In this document: positions 43,790 to 56,600 of the stretch, piece by piece
How the letters are laid out: every line of letters starts with the position of its first letter
Position numbering within the stretch: position 1 is the stretch's first letter
Source of the DNA: Felis catus
Taxonomy: Eukaryota
NCBI RefSeq assembly: GCF_018350175.1
Contig: NC_058377.1
Coordinates: forward strand, 16,492,001 to 16,556,000
DNA length: 64,000 nucleotides
Reading direction: 5' to 3'
Position numbers and translations under genes: made by a program
Notes under the pieces: model-generated
The model's database searches: none
Told to the model about the DNA's origin: nothing
Seen by the model: the letters and a program-made list of their open reading frames with translations, nothing else

Positions 43790-45943
43790 GAGGGGCGCCT
43801 GGGTGGCTCAGTGAGTTAAGCGTGAGTCTTTAATTTCCGCTCAGGTCATGATCTCATGGTTTATGAGATCCGTCCCCGAATCGGACTCTGCGCTCTCAGC
43901 TTGGATTCTCTCTCTCCCTCTCTCTGCCCCTCTCCCACTTGTGCTCCTCCTCCCTCTAAACAAACAAACAAACATTAAAAAAAAAGGAAAACAATATGGC
44001 TTTAGAAAAACCACACCCACAAGTGATTTGGGGGTCCTTCATTTTGTATCTCGCAAGGCTACTGAATGCCTTTATCAGTTCTAACAGTTTTTTGGTGGTC
44101 TTTAGGGTTTTCTATATATAAAGTCATGTTATCTGAAAACAGTTTTAAGGGTAGAGGAAGATCATCTGAATCCGGTATTCTCAGGATAATTTTACCTTCT
44201 TAAGTATTATTGAAGACTCTAAAGAGCCATGTGGGTTATCTCTGTGGATATTTTTCACATCATTAAAACTGAGAGATTTAGGGGGTGCTTGGGTGGCTCG
44301 GTTAAGGTTTTGACTCTTGATTTCCACTCAGGTCATGATTTCACAGTTGTTGAGTTCGAGCCTCACATTGGGCTCTGCATTAACAGCGTNNNNNNNNNNN
44401 NNNNNNNNNNNNNNNNNNNNNNNNNNNNNNNNNNNNNNNNNNNNNNNNNNNNNNNNNNNNNNNNNNNNNNNNNNNNNNNNNNNNNNNNNNNNNNNNNNNN
44501 NNNNNNNNNNNNNNNNNNNNNNNNNNAAAAAAGAAACAGAGGGGTGCCTGCGAGGCTCAGTGGGTTAAACATCTAACTCTTGATTTTGGCTCAGGTCATG
44601 GTCTCATGGTTTGTGGGTGTGAGCCCTAACTCGGGCTCTGTGCTGACAGTGCAGACCCTGCTTGGGATTCTCTCTCTCCCTCTCTCTCCGCCCCTCCCCC
44701 ACTCACTCTCTATCCCTCTCTCAAAATAAAAATAAACGGAAAAAACTGAGAGATTTAAAAAGTACTTATGAATACATTTTAAAGTAATGCTAATAAACCA
44801 AATAGGACATCAATGTAAACAGCTTTTTAAATGACAAATAATTATATTTTAAGAATTTATGAGGGGTGCCTGGGTGGCTCAGTCAGTTAAGTGTCTGACT
44901 TCAGCTCAGGTCATAATCTCGCGGTTTGTGAGTTCGAGCCCCGCGTCGGACTCTGTGCTGACAGCTGGGAGCCTGGAGCCTGCTTCGGATTCTGTGTCTC
45001 CCTCTCTCTCTCTGCCCCTCCCCCACTCATGCTCTGTCTCTCTGTCTCAGAAATAAATACATATTAAAACTTTTTAAAAACTTAAAAAAAAATTTTTTAA
45101 TGTTTATTTATGTTGAGAGAGAGAGCGTACACACATGCACAATTGGGGGAGGAGCAGAGAGAGAGAGACTCCCAAGCAGGGTCCCCACTCAGCGTGGAGC
45201 ACAATGCAGAGCTCTATCCCACAACCATGTGATCATGACCTGCACTGAAATCAAGAGTCGGAAGGTTAACCAACTGAGCCACCCAAGAACTCCGTTCTTT
45301 TTTTTTATTCTTCTATTTTATGAATATTCTTTCTTTGTTTAGTGTTTATTTATTTTTAAGAGATAGAGAGAGACAGAATGTGAGCGGGGGAGGGCAGAGA
45401 GAGAGGGAGACACAGAATCCGAAACAGGCTCTAGGCTCTGAGCTGCCAGCACAGAGCCTGATGTGGGGCTTAAACTCAACAGCTGTGAGATCATGACCTG
45501 AGCCAAAGTCAGATGCTTAACCAACTGAGCCAACCAGGCACCCCCAGAGATTTTGGATTATTGATTCAATCTCCTTACTTGTTATAGGTCTAATCTGACT
45601 TTCTGGGTTTTTTTTAGTTTTGGTAGTTTGTGTGTGTCTATGAATTTGTCCATTTTACCTAGGTTATCCACTTTGTTGATACATAGTTATTCGTACCATT
45701 CTCTTACAATCCTTTTTAGTTTTGTACAGTTAGGAATAATATCCCTTCTTTCACTTCTGATTTTAGTAATTTGATTCCTCTCTGTCTTCTATTTTAGTTA
45801 ATTTACCTATAGATTTATTTATTTTGTTGATCTTTCCAAAACATTAACTTTTGGTTTTGGTGATTCCCTATTTTTTTTTTCTATATTGTTCCTCTCTGCT
45901 TTCACTTTTATTATTTTCTGTTACATTTGAGTTTAGTTTAGTT

Positions 45944-45980
<37 letters not shown>

Positions 45981-47662
45981 TTTACTTATGTATTTCGAGG
46001 AGGCGAGGGGCAGAGAGAGAGGGAGAAAGAATCCCAAGCCGGCTCCTCACCATCATCGTGGAACTGGACGCGGGGCTCAAACCCATGAACTGTGAGACCG
46101 TGACCTGAGCTGAAACCAAGAGTCCATGCTTAACCGAATGAGCCACCCAGATACGCTGAGTTTAGTTGACTTTTATTTTTCTAGTTCCTTAGGCAGTGGA
46201 GTGAGATTGTTCATTAAAGATGTTTATTCTTTTTATGTGTAGGCATTTACTGCTATAATTTCTCTCTGTGCATTGCTTTCAGTGATCCCCACAGGTTTTG
46301 ATATGTTGTGTATATATATGTATACACACAAGGGCGTGTGTGTTTCAATAGACTTTATTTGTTACAACAGTTTTAAATTTTTTTTTCAACGTTTATTTAT
46401 TTTTGGGACAGATTGTTACAACAGTTTTAGCTTCACAGCAAAATTGAGTGGAAAAGTACAGAGAGGCCCCATATACCCCCTGCCACCACCCCCACCCCCA
46501 CAGTCTTCTCCCCTATCAACATCCCACGTCAAAGTGGTATGGTTTGTACAATCCATAAACCTGCACTGACACATCATTATCACCCAAAGTCTACAGTTTT
46601 CATTAGGGTTCACTTTTGGTGTTGTACATTTTTTTGGGTTGGGAATGACATGTAGCCACCATGAAAGTGTACTGAACGATTTCGCTGCCCTGAGAATCCT
46701 CTGTCCTCCACCTATTCCTCTCTCCCTTCCCACTGACCCCTAGAAACCACTTATCTTTTTTACTTTCTCCAGTGTTCTTTTCATTCATCTTGAGGTAGTA
46801 TCTGATTTCCCTCGTGATTTCTTCTTTAATCCATTGGCTGTTTAAGATTGCATCACGGGGTGCCTGGGTGGCTCAGTCAGTAAAACGTCTGACTTCCGCT
46901 CCGGTCATGATTTCACGGTTTGTGAGTTCGAGCCCCAGGTTGGAACCTGGGCTGATTGCTCGGAGCCTGGATTCTGCTTCAGATTCTGCGTCTTTCCCTC
47001 TCTCTGCCCCTCCCATGCTCATGCTCTGTCTCTGTCTCTCAATAATAAATAAATGGTAAAAAAAAATTTTAATAATAATAAAAAAAAGATGGTATCACTT
47101 ACTTTCCATGTATCTATGAATTTTCCAGTTTTCTCTTTGTGACTGATGTCTAGTTTCATTTCATTGTGTCAGTGAAGATACTTTGTATGATTTCAGTCTT
47201 ATGGAGTTTATTGAGACTTGTTTGGGAACCTAAAATATAGTCCATGCTGAAGAATATTCTATGTACAATAGAGAAGAATGAGTATTCTGCTGTTGCTCAG
47301 CAGAGTGTCCTATTATTGGATGAAGTCTGTTAGGTTTAGTTGATTTATAGTGAGTTTTAAGCCCGCTGTTTCCTTACTGATCTTTCATCTAGAAGATCTA
47401 TCCATCATTGAAAGTAGGGTAGTGAAATCTCAACTATTACTGTGGAAGTTCTATTTCTTCCTTCAATTTTTCATTGAGTGTCATTGCATGCTTTACATAT
47501 TTGGGGCCTCTTTGGTTTGGTACATATGTTTATAATTGTTATAGCCTCTTAATTGACTCTTTTATTAATACATCATGACTTTGTCTCTTATAACGAAGAA
47601 AAAATGGGTATGTAACAAAAATATAGAGAGAATGTCTTTCTTTATATATATATATATTTTTT

Positions 47663-47714
<52 letters not shown>

Positions 47715-50700
47715 TTATCCTGAGAGAGACAGAGACAGTGTGAGTGTAGGAGAGCAGAGAGAGGGAGACAGAGAATCCCAAGCAGGCTCTGCACTCTCAG
47801 CATGGAGCCCGATGCAGGGCTCAGACTCACCAAAGTGTGAGATTATGACCTGAGCTGAAAGCAAGAGTCAGAGAGGCTTAACTGACTGAGCCACCCAGGC
47901 ACCCCTAGAATGTCTTTCTTAAGCCTCTTTTGACTTCTGGTCCATTTTGTCTGAAACTAGTAGAACTACTCCAGCTACTTTTTTAGTTACTATTTGCACG
48001 GAATATAATTTTCCCATTTTTTCACTTTCAACATATTACTGTTTTTGACCTAAAGTTAGTCTTTTGGTAGCCAGTGCACATAGGAACATGGGTCACGTGG
48101 TAGGACCAATAAATAAAGAATAATAAAAAGCAAAAAAAATAAAAAAAATAAAGTGAGTCTTCTGGGGGGTACCGGGCTGCCTCCGTTGGAGGAGCACGTG
48201 ACTCTTGATCTCAGGGTCACGAGTTCGAGCCCCACGTTGGGTGTAGAGATTACTTAAATAAATAAATATTTTAAAAAATAAAGTGAGCGTTTTGGAGGCA
48301 GTGTATCCTTAATTACTGAGATCCATACTTGACTTTATTTTTTTCTCTATTCCTTAAGCTTTCCAAAATTGATATCATCCCCTTAATAAGATAAATTCCT
48401 TAGTCTAAATTCCTTTACTTACCATCTCCAGTTGCCATCATTTATCATTTTGTTTCAGGATTCTTTTCTTTTAAATTATTTTTTAATGTTTATTTATTTT
48501 TGAGAGAGAGACAGACAGACAGACAGAGATGAGCTGGGGAGGGCCAGAGAGAGAGGGAGACACAGAATCTGAAGTAGGTTCCAGGCTCTGAGATGTCCGC
48601 ACAAAGTCTGACGTAGGACTCAAACTCACAAACTGTGAGATCACGACCTCAGCCAAAGTTGAACACTTAACTGACTGAGCCACCCAGGCGCCCTGTTTCA
48701 GGATTCTGGTTAATAAAACAGCAAACATTTAGACAGTACGCATTATGTGCGTGGCACTGCCCTGAGAGCTTTCCTATGTTATTTCCATTAATTCTCACAA
48801 CAACCGTATGAGGGTGGCATGATTTTTATGGGAAAACTGAGGCAAGGGGCTAAGAAATTTGCCCAAATCATAGGGCCATTAAGTGGCAGTCAGGATTTAA
48901 ACCCACTCATCCCTGCAACCTCTCAGATAAGCCAATTCTAAAGCTGTTAGGAAAAAAATAAGCAAGATTACCCAAGAAAAAAATTTAAAACTACAATAAT
49001 TAAACTTGTGCATTATTTTTTTTAAGTTTATTTATCAAAAGTTGCATGCTCTATTGACTGAGCCAGCCAGGTGCCCCAAACCTCTGCCTTATTAAAAAAT
49101 ATATATATCATTGAGGGGTTCCTGAGTGGCTCAGTTGGTTAAGCGCTTAGTCCAACTTCAGCCTAGATTGTGGTCTTGCCGTTCCTGAGTTTGAGCCCCG
49201 CATAGGGCTCTGCGCTGACAGCCTGTTTCAGATTCTGTGTCTCCCTGTCTCTCTGCCCCTCCCCCACTCACGCTCTGTCTCTCTCTCTCTCAAACATAAA
49301 CATTAAAAAACGTGTAAACAAGAAGGGAAAAGCTTTAAAAAATTAAAATAAACTATCATTGAGACAGGATTAAAAATCCCAATAGAAGCTCAAACCCACC
49401 TGAGAACTTGTTATATAATAAAGGTGGCTTTCTGTAACAGCCTAGAAAAAGTGGATTTCAATAAATGGTATTGGAATACTGGCTAATTGGATCCTGCTTC
49501 ATACCTTACCATAAAATAAACTGTAGGTGGATCAAAAGATCTAAACACAAAAAAGTAGAACCAAAAATACCAGACAAAAGCATGGCAACGTAATCTTGGA
49601 ATGGGGAAGGCTTCAGTACAACAAATCCCTAAAAGCCATACAAAAATAGTAAGTTCTACCTAAAATAAACTTATGCCATACAAAATAATACAAAATAATA
49701 AATTCTACCTAAAATAAACTCATGCTGAAGACCACATACGCAGTCAAAGCCTAAACTGGGTAAGACAGATTTAAGTCACGGACTAAGGACTGATTTCCTT
49801 AATGCAGAGAGAATTCTTAAAGATCATTAAGACCAACCACCTAATAAGGAAAAGGGGCAACGGATAGGGAACAATAGCTTACGGCAAAAGAAAATACAGG
49901 CGGCTCTTAAATAAGATGTTCAACCTCAATCATAAAATAAAATCGAAGCCACTTTTTAATTTATCAGTCTGGCAAAATTACAGTATTAATACTGTATTGG
50001 TTAAAAAAATACTGTGTTGGCTTCAGCAACTGTGTAGGGTTGGGTCTCGTCTTGCTTTAAAAAGATAAGAAAAATCAAAGCCAAATGATTTGTCTCAGGT
50101 GTAGGTTACTGACTAGTTCCTAATTTGTTGGACTCCAAAACTCATGTCCTTAATCAATGAACAGCGCTGCTTCCCATACACATTAAGAACTAAAAAGAAT
50201 TAAAAGAAGGTAATACTTGAGAATTTAGATTAGGGTTTCTCAGTATCACTGCCATGGACGTTTCGGGCAAGGTAATTTGTTGCAGTGGGGAGGGCTGTCC
50301 TGTGCATGGGAGAATGTTTAGCGGCATCCTTGACACCTATCCACTAAATACCAATAACACCTATCCTCTACAGCCCCCTACCTGCCAATTTTGACAGCCC
50401 CAAATGTCTCCACACATTGCCAAATGACCCCTGGTAAAATGTCCCCGGTTGAGAACCGCTGCCTTAAATATTCCTACCTTCTAATGTAACCTAAGAGATC
50501 AAGAAAACAATATTATGCCCAAAGGCAGTCACTGTTGTAATACTGAGAAGCAGAAACATCCAGGGGTGCAATATGGATGAAAGATTTTAAAAAACTATAG
50601 CATATCTAGCCAGTGTATTACAGAGTTGTTCACAATGCCCGTATGATGATGGAAACTAGAGAATTAAAAATTGATCCTTTAAAAATAATGGCTACAGGGG

Positions 50701-52220
50701 CGCCTGGGTGGCTCCGTCTGTTAAGCGTCCGACTCTTGATTTCAGCTCAGGTCGTGATCTTAGGGGTTTGTGAGTTTGAGCCCCACATCAGGCTCCATGC
50801 ACTGACAGTGTGGAACCTGCTTGGGATTCTCTCTCTCCCTCTCTCTCTGTGACCCTCCTGCACACACTCTTGCTCTCTCTCTCTCTCTCTCTCTCTAAAT
50901 AAATAAATAAATAAATAAACTTAGACATGGAGGAAATGTTAACGCATGTTGCTAAGCAAAAGTGGCCAGGCTGAAAGGCTACATACTGTAGGACTCCAAC
51001 TACACGACATTCCAGGAAAGGCAAAACTAGGGAGACAGCAAAAAGATCTGTGGTTGCCAGGAGTTACAAGTGGCAGGAGGGATGGACCAATAGAGCATAG
51101 ATTTTTTTGGACAGTGAATCTACTCTGTATGACATGTAATGGTGGGCACATGTCATTATAGATTTGTCCAAATTACAAAGAATGTACAATGTCAACATTA
51201 GTACATTAGTGAACCCTAATGTAAACTATACTTCCGGTGATGACAATAATCAACATCGGGTCATTACTTTGGTGGGGGATGATGATAGTGGGGGAGGCTG
51301 TGCATGCGTGGAGCCAGAGTATATGGGAAGTCTCTGTACTCCTTGCTCAATTTTGCTGTGAACCCACAATTGCTCTAAGAAAGTCTATTTTAAAAAATAA
51401 AAATCTTCAGGCTTTAAAACATGTCTGACCTGTTCAAACTTTAGAGAAAAAACAATCTTCCCATTATTTATTCAGCTTCTTAGACATGTGATTAAGGACT
51501 AGAATGATCTTCCTTTGGCAAAATATGGTTCCATCACCACTGATAACCCAAATTAACGGTGCTGAGTGTTGACTTTAGTAACACATTCTTGTATCAGAGC
51601 AGTTAACAGCGAGTGCTAATGGGTCAGCCTTAAATTCAAACCTAGCCGAGGCACTTAACACCTCTCTGATTCCTTGGATCCATTACCGAGACCTCTGAAC
51701 TGTCAATTTCATTTCCTTTTTTAAGTAGGCTCCACACCCAATGTGGGGCTTGAACTCACAACCCTGAGATTAAGAGTCGCATGCTCCACTGACTGAGCCA
51801 GCTGGGCCGTCTCCCGTGAACTGTCAATTTACTTGCAAAATGGGGTTGTTATCTTAAAAAATGGTAGTCACCTAAAAATGCCTGGGACATAGGGGTCCAA
51901 ATGTCAAGGGAAAAATAAAACCACAATTGTGTTCTCATGAAAAAACAACTTACATATACGAATCTCAACTAAGTCCAAAATGTATTTTGGCGGTAGTAGG
52001 ATACGTAATTTTAAGATTCAAACTTCTAGCGTCCAAATTTTCTATAATAAACATGTATTGTTCATACACAGGAGACATTCGTTTTTAGAGAGAGCAAGCA
52101 AGTGCACCAGGCTCCATGCTCAGCAAGGAGCCCAACCTGGGGCTCGAACTCCTGACCCTGGGATCATGACTTGAGCCAAAATCGAGTCGGATGACCAACT
52201 GAGCCACCACGCTGCCCCAG
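43790..52220. mobile_element. TE-dense intergenic block: more than 10 CAN-SINEs, old L1 fragments and a MER20-like element (about 50235-50460)
   Basis: Repeated SINE heads and tails in both orientations, and L1-like AT-rich segments. No coding signal. Confidence 0.75.
47666..47710. repeat. (TA)n microsatellite
   Basis: More than 20 TA units at a SINE tail. Confidence 0.85.
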
Positions 52221-52269
52221 GGAACAAACATTTTAAAAGCCATAGCACAAAAACTGTAGAAAAGAATAT

Positions 52270-52275
52270 TTTATT
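52270..52275 (-). terminator. HYOU1 poly(A) signal AATAAA (3'UTR about 1.4 kb)
   Basis: TTTATT on the + strand, near the boundary between unique sequence and SINE-rich sequence. Confidence 0.65.
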
Positions 52276-53670
52276 GAAACAGTTTCTCAATTAACAATGG
52301 ACCAAAGTACAATTTGACTCAAACCTGTCCAACCAGCCTCAACCGCTAGTGAAAGAACTCAAACATACAGGATGGGGTGGGACCCTTAAGTCTCATATCT
52401 GCCAATGTGGCAAAAAAAAAAAAAAAAAAAAAAAAAAAAGGAAAAAAGACAAAGGACAGACACAACCAGGTTCCCCCCTGCCCTGGGAGGTGGGTGGCGC
52501 TGTGGCTCCTGCTCCAGACGAATACTGGAGGACAGGCTCCCCAACATCGGCATGATGGGTCAAGAGCCTCCATCTTGGCAGAGCAATGCAAGAAAGGCAG
52601 GCCAGCCCACACCCTCTTCCTTCACCCACACGGCCTGCCTCAAAGAGGGCGAGGTGGCATTTTTACATTCACGCCATGGTCTCTCCTTCTCCCAGGGTCT
52701 TGGGATAGGGGCTCACAGTAGAAAGCACATTTTGGTCAGCCCAGGGGGCCAAGGGACCAGGGAAAGGCCATATCTAGGAGGGCAGAAGACAGGAGAGCAG
52801 AGAGGGCCTGGAGTCACAGGGACACGGAGGGACAGGAACAGGGAAGATGCAGACTCTGACAGTGCTCGCAGGATGCTGGCATCCCACGCTGGCCACTCCA
52901 CACGCTTTCCTGTGTCTGAGAGGCCATAAGTGGGAGCTCCCGGGTTTTCAGACGTCTCTCCCACAGAGGCGGCTGGCTTCCCTTCTTCACGTTCTTGCCT
53001 ACTCTGGCCACCGCGGGTGGGGATGGATCTAGCTTTACTGCAGCCAGTCCAGATGGAAAGGCTGGGGCAAGAGGCAGACAGCTGCCTTACTCACAACCGG
53101 AAGCCAGGGAAACCAGGGGAAGAGTCGTCACCGGGGATGGGGCCTTTTAGGGAAAGACAAGACCTTGGAGGAGGAAAGAGCATAGATAGGCACTCAGAAA
53201 CCAGACCTGGTAACCAAGGCTCTGTAGACACTGGCCCCTGTAGGGGCGGACTTGGTAGTGGAAGAGGGAAGCAGGGAGGAGGACAGAGAAGACTGGAGAC
53301 TCTCTAATAGCCCAGGGCATCCCTCTCCCACCTGCCAGGTCCATCGACCCCATCAACAGCCAATCTCTCACCTACCCACAGGCAAAGAATTAAGACATAA
53401 TAGTGATTTTCCCCAAATGAGGGCCTGGATGGGTAAGGAACCAGGGGTGGGACTGGGAAATAAAACAATTTCAGTTTTTACCACAGAACCACTGCCGAAG
53501 GAACTGGTGAGCTGTCCCTTCCTCCCCCTTCTCCACACCTCCAATCAAGGTGAGAGAAAAGGAACCGAAGCCTCTGAAGGCAGGAGCAACCCCTCCCCCG
53601 ACCCTCGATGTTTAATAAATAGAGGAGGTAGGAGAAGGGGGAGGGGTGAAAGGGGGAGCTGGGGGGTTGG

Positions 53671-56600
53671 TTATAATTCATCATTCTTCAAAGTCCGCTT
53701 CTGTCCTGTCGGCTGCTCCTTCTGTTCCGGTTCTGCTGGGAGTGGGGAAGAGCGAAGGAATGCCAGCAGGTGAGACGAAGGTAACTGACCCCGTTCTGGG
53801 CAGATCCTCCCTGCTGGGCCCTACTAGGCTTCCTGGGTGCCCCCAGCCCCATGCTCACCTGCTCCAGGACCTTCTAACTCCAGAGGTTCGGTGTCTGCCT
53901 GTTCAGATCCTGCTTTTGGGAGGAAGAGGTTAGCCTCTGCAGAAGGGAGGAAGGGACTAATGAAAGGGTTGGCAAACTTTTTCTATAAAAAGACAGATGG
54001 TGAATGTTCTAGGGGTTGTGGGCTACACCCGGCTTCTTTGCACAGACATGCTTGTGTAGATATGTAAGAACCTAAAAATGTAAGGGCTGTTCACAGCTTG
54101 TGGACCTTCTAGAAACAGGCTGTGCCTGCAAGTCTGCCGACCCCTAGGCTTAGCAATATCCATATTCCCAATCACTTTCTTCAACTCACCAGTCTCTTTC
54201 TCAGGTTCTGAAATGGGCTTTGCATCTTCAGTCTGGCCTGGAGGAAAACCAGGGGTAAAATGTAGTCCCAGGAGGGAAAGGAGGCCTTCTTCCTGCCCAG
54301 TGGCACCTGGAGCCAGGCACCCTGCCCTCACCTGGTGGAGGGATGACCTTCTCTGCTTGGTCACTGGCACTGGCATTGAGGGGAGGCTCTGCCCGGGTTG
54401 CATTCTTGTCCTTGGGTCGGGGCCGGGGCTTGGTAAACTTGGCCTTGTTGAGCAGATACTGCACCTCACGGTCCAGGGCCATCATCTTGGCCTCGATGTC
54501 TTTTGAGAGCAACACGGGTTTCTCTGTGGCGGGAAGCTTGGCCTGCTCGGCCATGGTCGCATTCTTCCAGGCCTGTGGGTGAGCCCAGGACAGGCTCAGA
54601 GCTAGCCCTGGAGAGGGTAGGTTATCTCTGGCCCGGATGAAATACACCCCAGACCGGCCCCGGGCTCTTCCCTCAGATGGCAAACCACTCCACTACTCCT
54701 GGCTGTCAGCCCCACGATGGTAAGCAGACTCTTCAGAATGGCATCTGAGGCTCCCCACAAAGGAGTCCCAAACTCATAGCCATGTCTGTGGCTTACAATA
54801 CTAGGGACCAACTACAGCTGAAGCTCTTGATTATTCCCTGGTCTGTCCACTTCTGAGCTCTGGCTCAATATCACTCTCCACACACCCAAAAGGAAGAGTT
54901 TCGGCCTCCTGTGACAAGTCTTCCCTGGCTCACCTTCTGAGTGCAGCTCAAGCCCCAGCTGTTTGGAGCAGCTGCTCTAACCTCATAGGGATGGGCTCTG
55001 CTGCTCCTGCAGTCTGACAAAACTCATGGCCGTGACCCTTGCTTGGGGCTAATCAGACGTGGCCTCAAATGTAAATGACTTCCGCCTTCCCGATTAGCTG
55101 CCGGGCCAGGAGGCAGCAGCTGCTGACCCCGGTTTCTCGGCATCTCCTCTCTGCCCAGCATAGCACACCTTGCCAGGGGAGCATCCCAGTAAGTGTTCAT
55201 GCAGGGATTACCCAGGTCTCGTTGATGACTTTCTCTAGCGTTGTCATCTCCACCTCAGTGAAGATCTGTTCCATCTCTGGGATGAGTCGGGCGCCCCTGT
55301 AAGCCAGGAAGGAGACGGTGAGCCCAGGGGAGAGAGGGATCTGGGGTGTGGGCATGGGGCATGGGAAGCTGATGGACCTCCAGGCTTGGCAGGACCGAAT
55401 AAGGAAGAAAATCGAAGGGGCTGCTCACTTGAGGAACATGCTGGAATGGTTGAGGAGATTATCAAGGGCAGCCAGCCGTTCAGGCCACTTCTTGCGCTCT
55501 TCTACCCGAAAAAACAACCCGTGGCATAGCTTCCTCAGCTCAGTCAGCTTCTCCTTCAGCATCTGACAGATGCAGGGTGGGAGTGGGCAGAGGGGGTTGA
55601 AGGGATGAGGGCCTGGCCCTGGAGCCGACCCCGCGTCCTTCTCCTGGCCTCACACTCCAGCTCTCCTCACCTTCTCTGACCTTCTGCCTGTAAAGAGCAA
55701 AGCGAGGGCTCCCATCCCACCCACCACGTCCTGGGAAGCCGCTTACCACTGTGGTGGCCCCAAAGCCCTCGTCCTCCAGCCAGGCAGAGGCAGCGCTGAG
55801 TTTCCCAGAGATCTCCTCGCGCTGCTCCTCTGTGGACACTTCCTGGTACTCAGGCTGGTACAGTTTGTCCTAGAGAGGTGCACACGGGCCCAAGCATGCA
55901 CCGAACCCCAAGAGCAGGGCTCACAGAGGCAGACCCTCCTCAGACACAGGTCCCGGGGCAGCTGTGTCTCCCAGCCCACCAACCTGGGTCTCAAAGATAA
56001 AAGCTTCCAAGCTGTTGGCAGCCTTTTCCCGTTCCTGCTTCTCTAGGTCTCGGGACGTCAAGTCTTGAAGTCTGTGGGACAACAGAAGCAAGCATGAGGG
56101 AGAGAGCATGTTGACCTCAGACCCTGGGGCAGACGGCTCTCCCTCCCATGGGTGCCACTGCCCTTACCACCCTGTGCGTGCATGCTCACAAGCCTCTACT
56201 CACTTTTGCACTGAGTGGGCCAGCTCATCCTCGGGCAAGTCAGGCAGGTCCAGAACCACCAGCTCCACCCCAATCTCCTCTACCATTCTTTGCTTCCGGG
56301 CAGGCTTCTGCTTCTTTTCTTCCTCTGGGGCTGGAGGGGCAGCCTCAGACCCTGCCTCCTTTTTCTCACTTGGCTTCTGGTGGGGGAAAGAAACGAGGAG
56401 GTCAGGGGAAGCTCAGGTCCTTCTATTCCCCACAGGCAGGCATCTGTTCCCTTCGCCTCCGGCTCACCTGGGCCTCAGGCTTTTCCTCGTTTTCTTTTTC
56501 TGTGGCCTTTTCTTCCTCAGGAACCGCAGCCTCCTTCGGCTCAGTGGGTGGGGGCGGCGAGGTGTCCTCCACTGGGGCCTCCGCCTCCTCCTTGAGCTCC

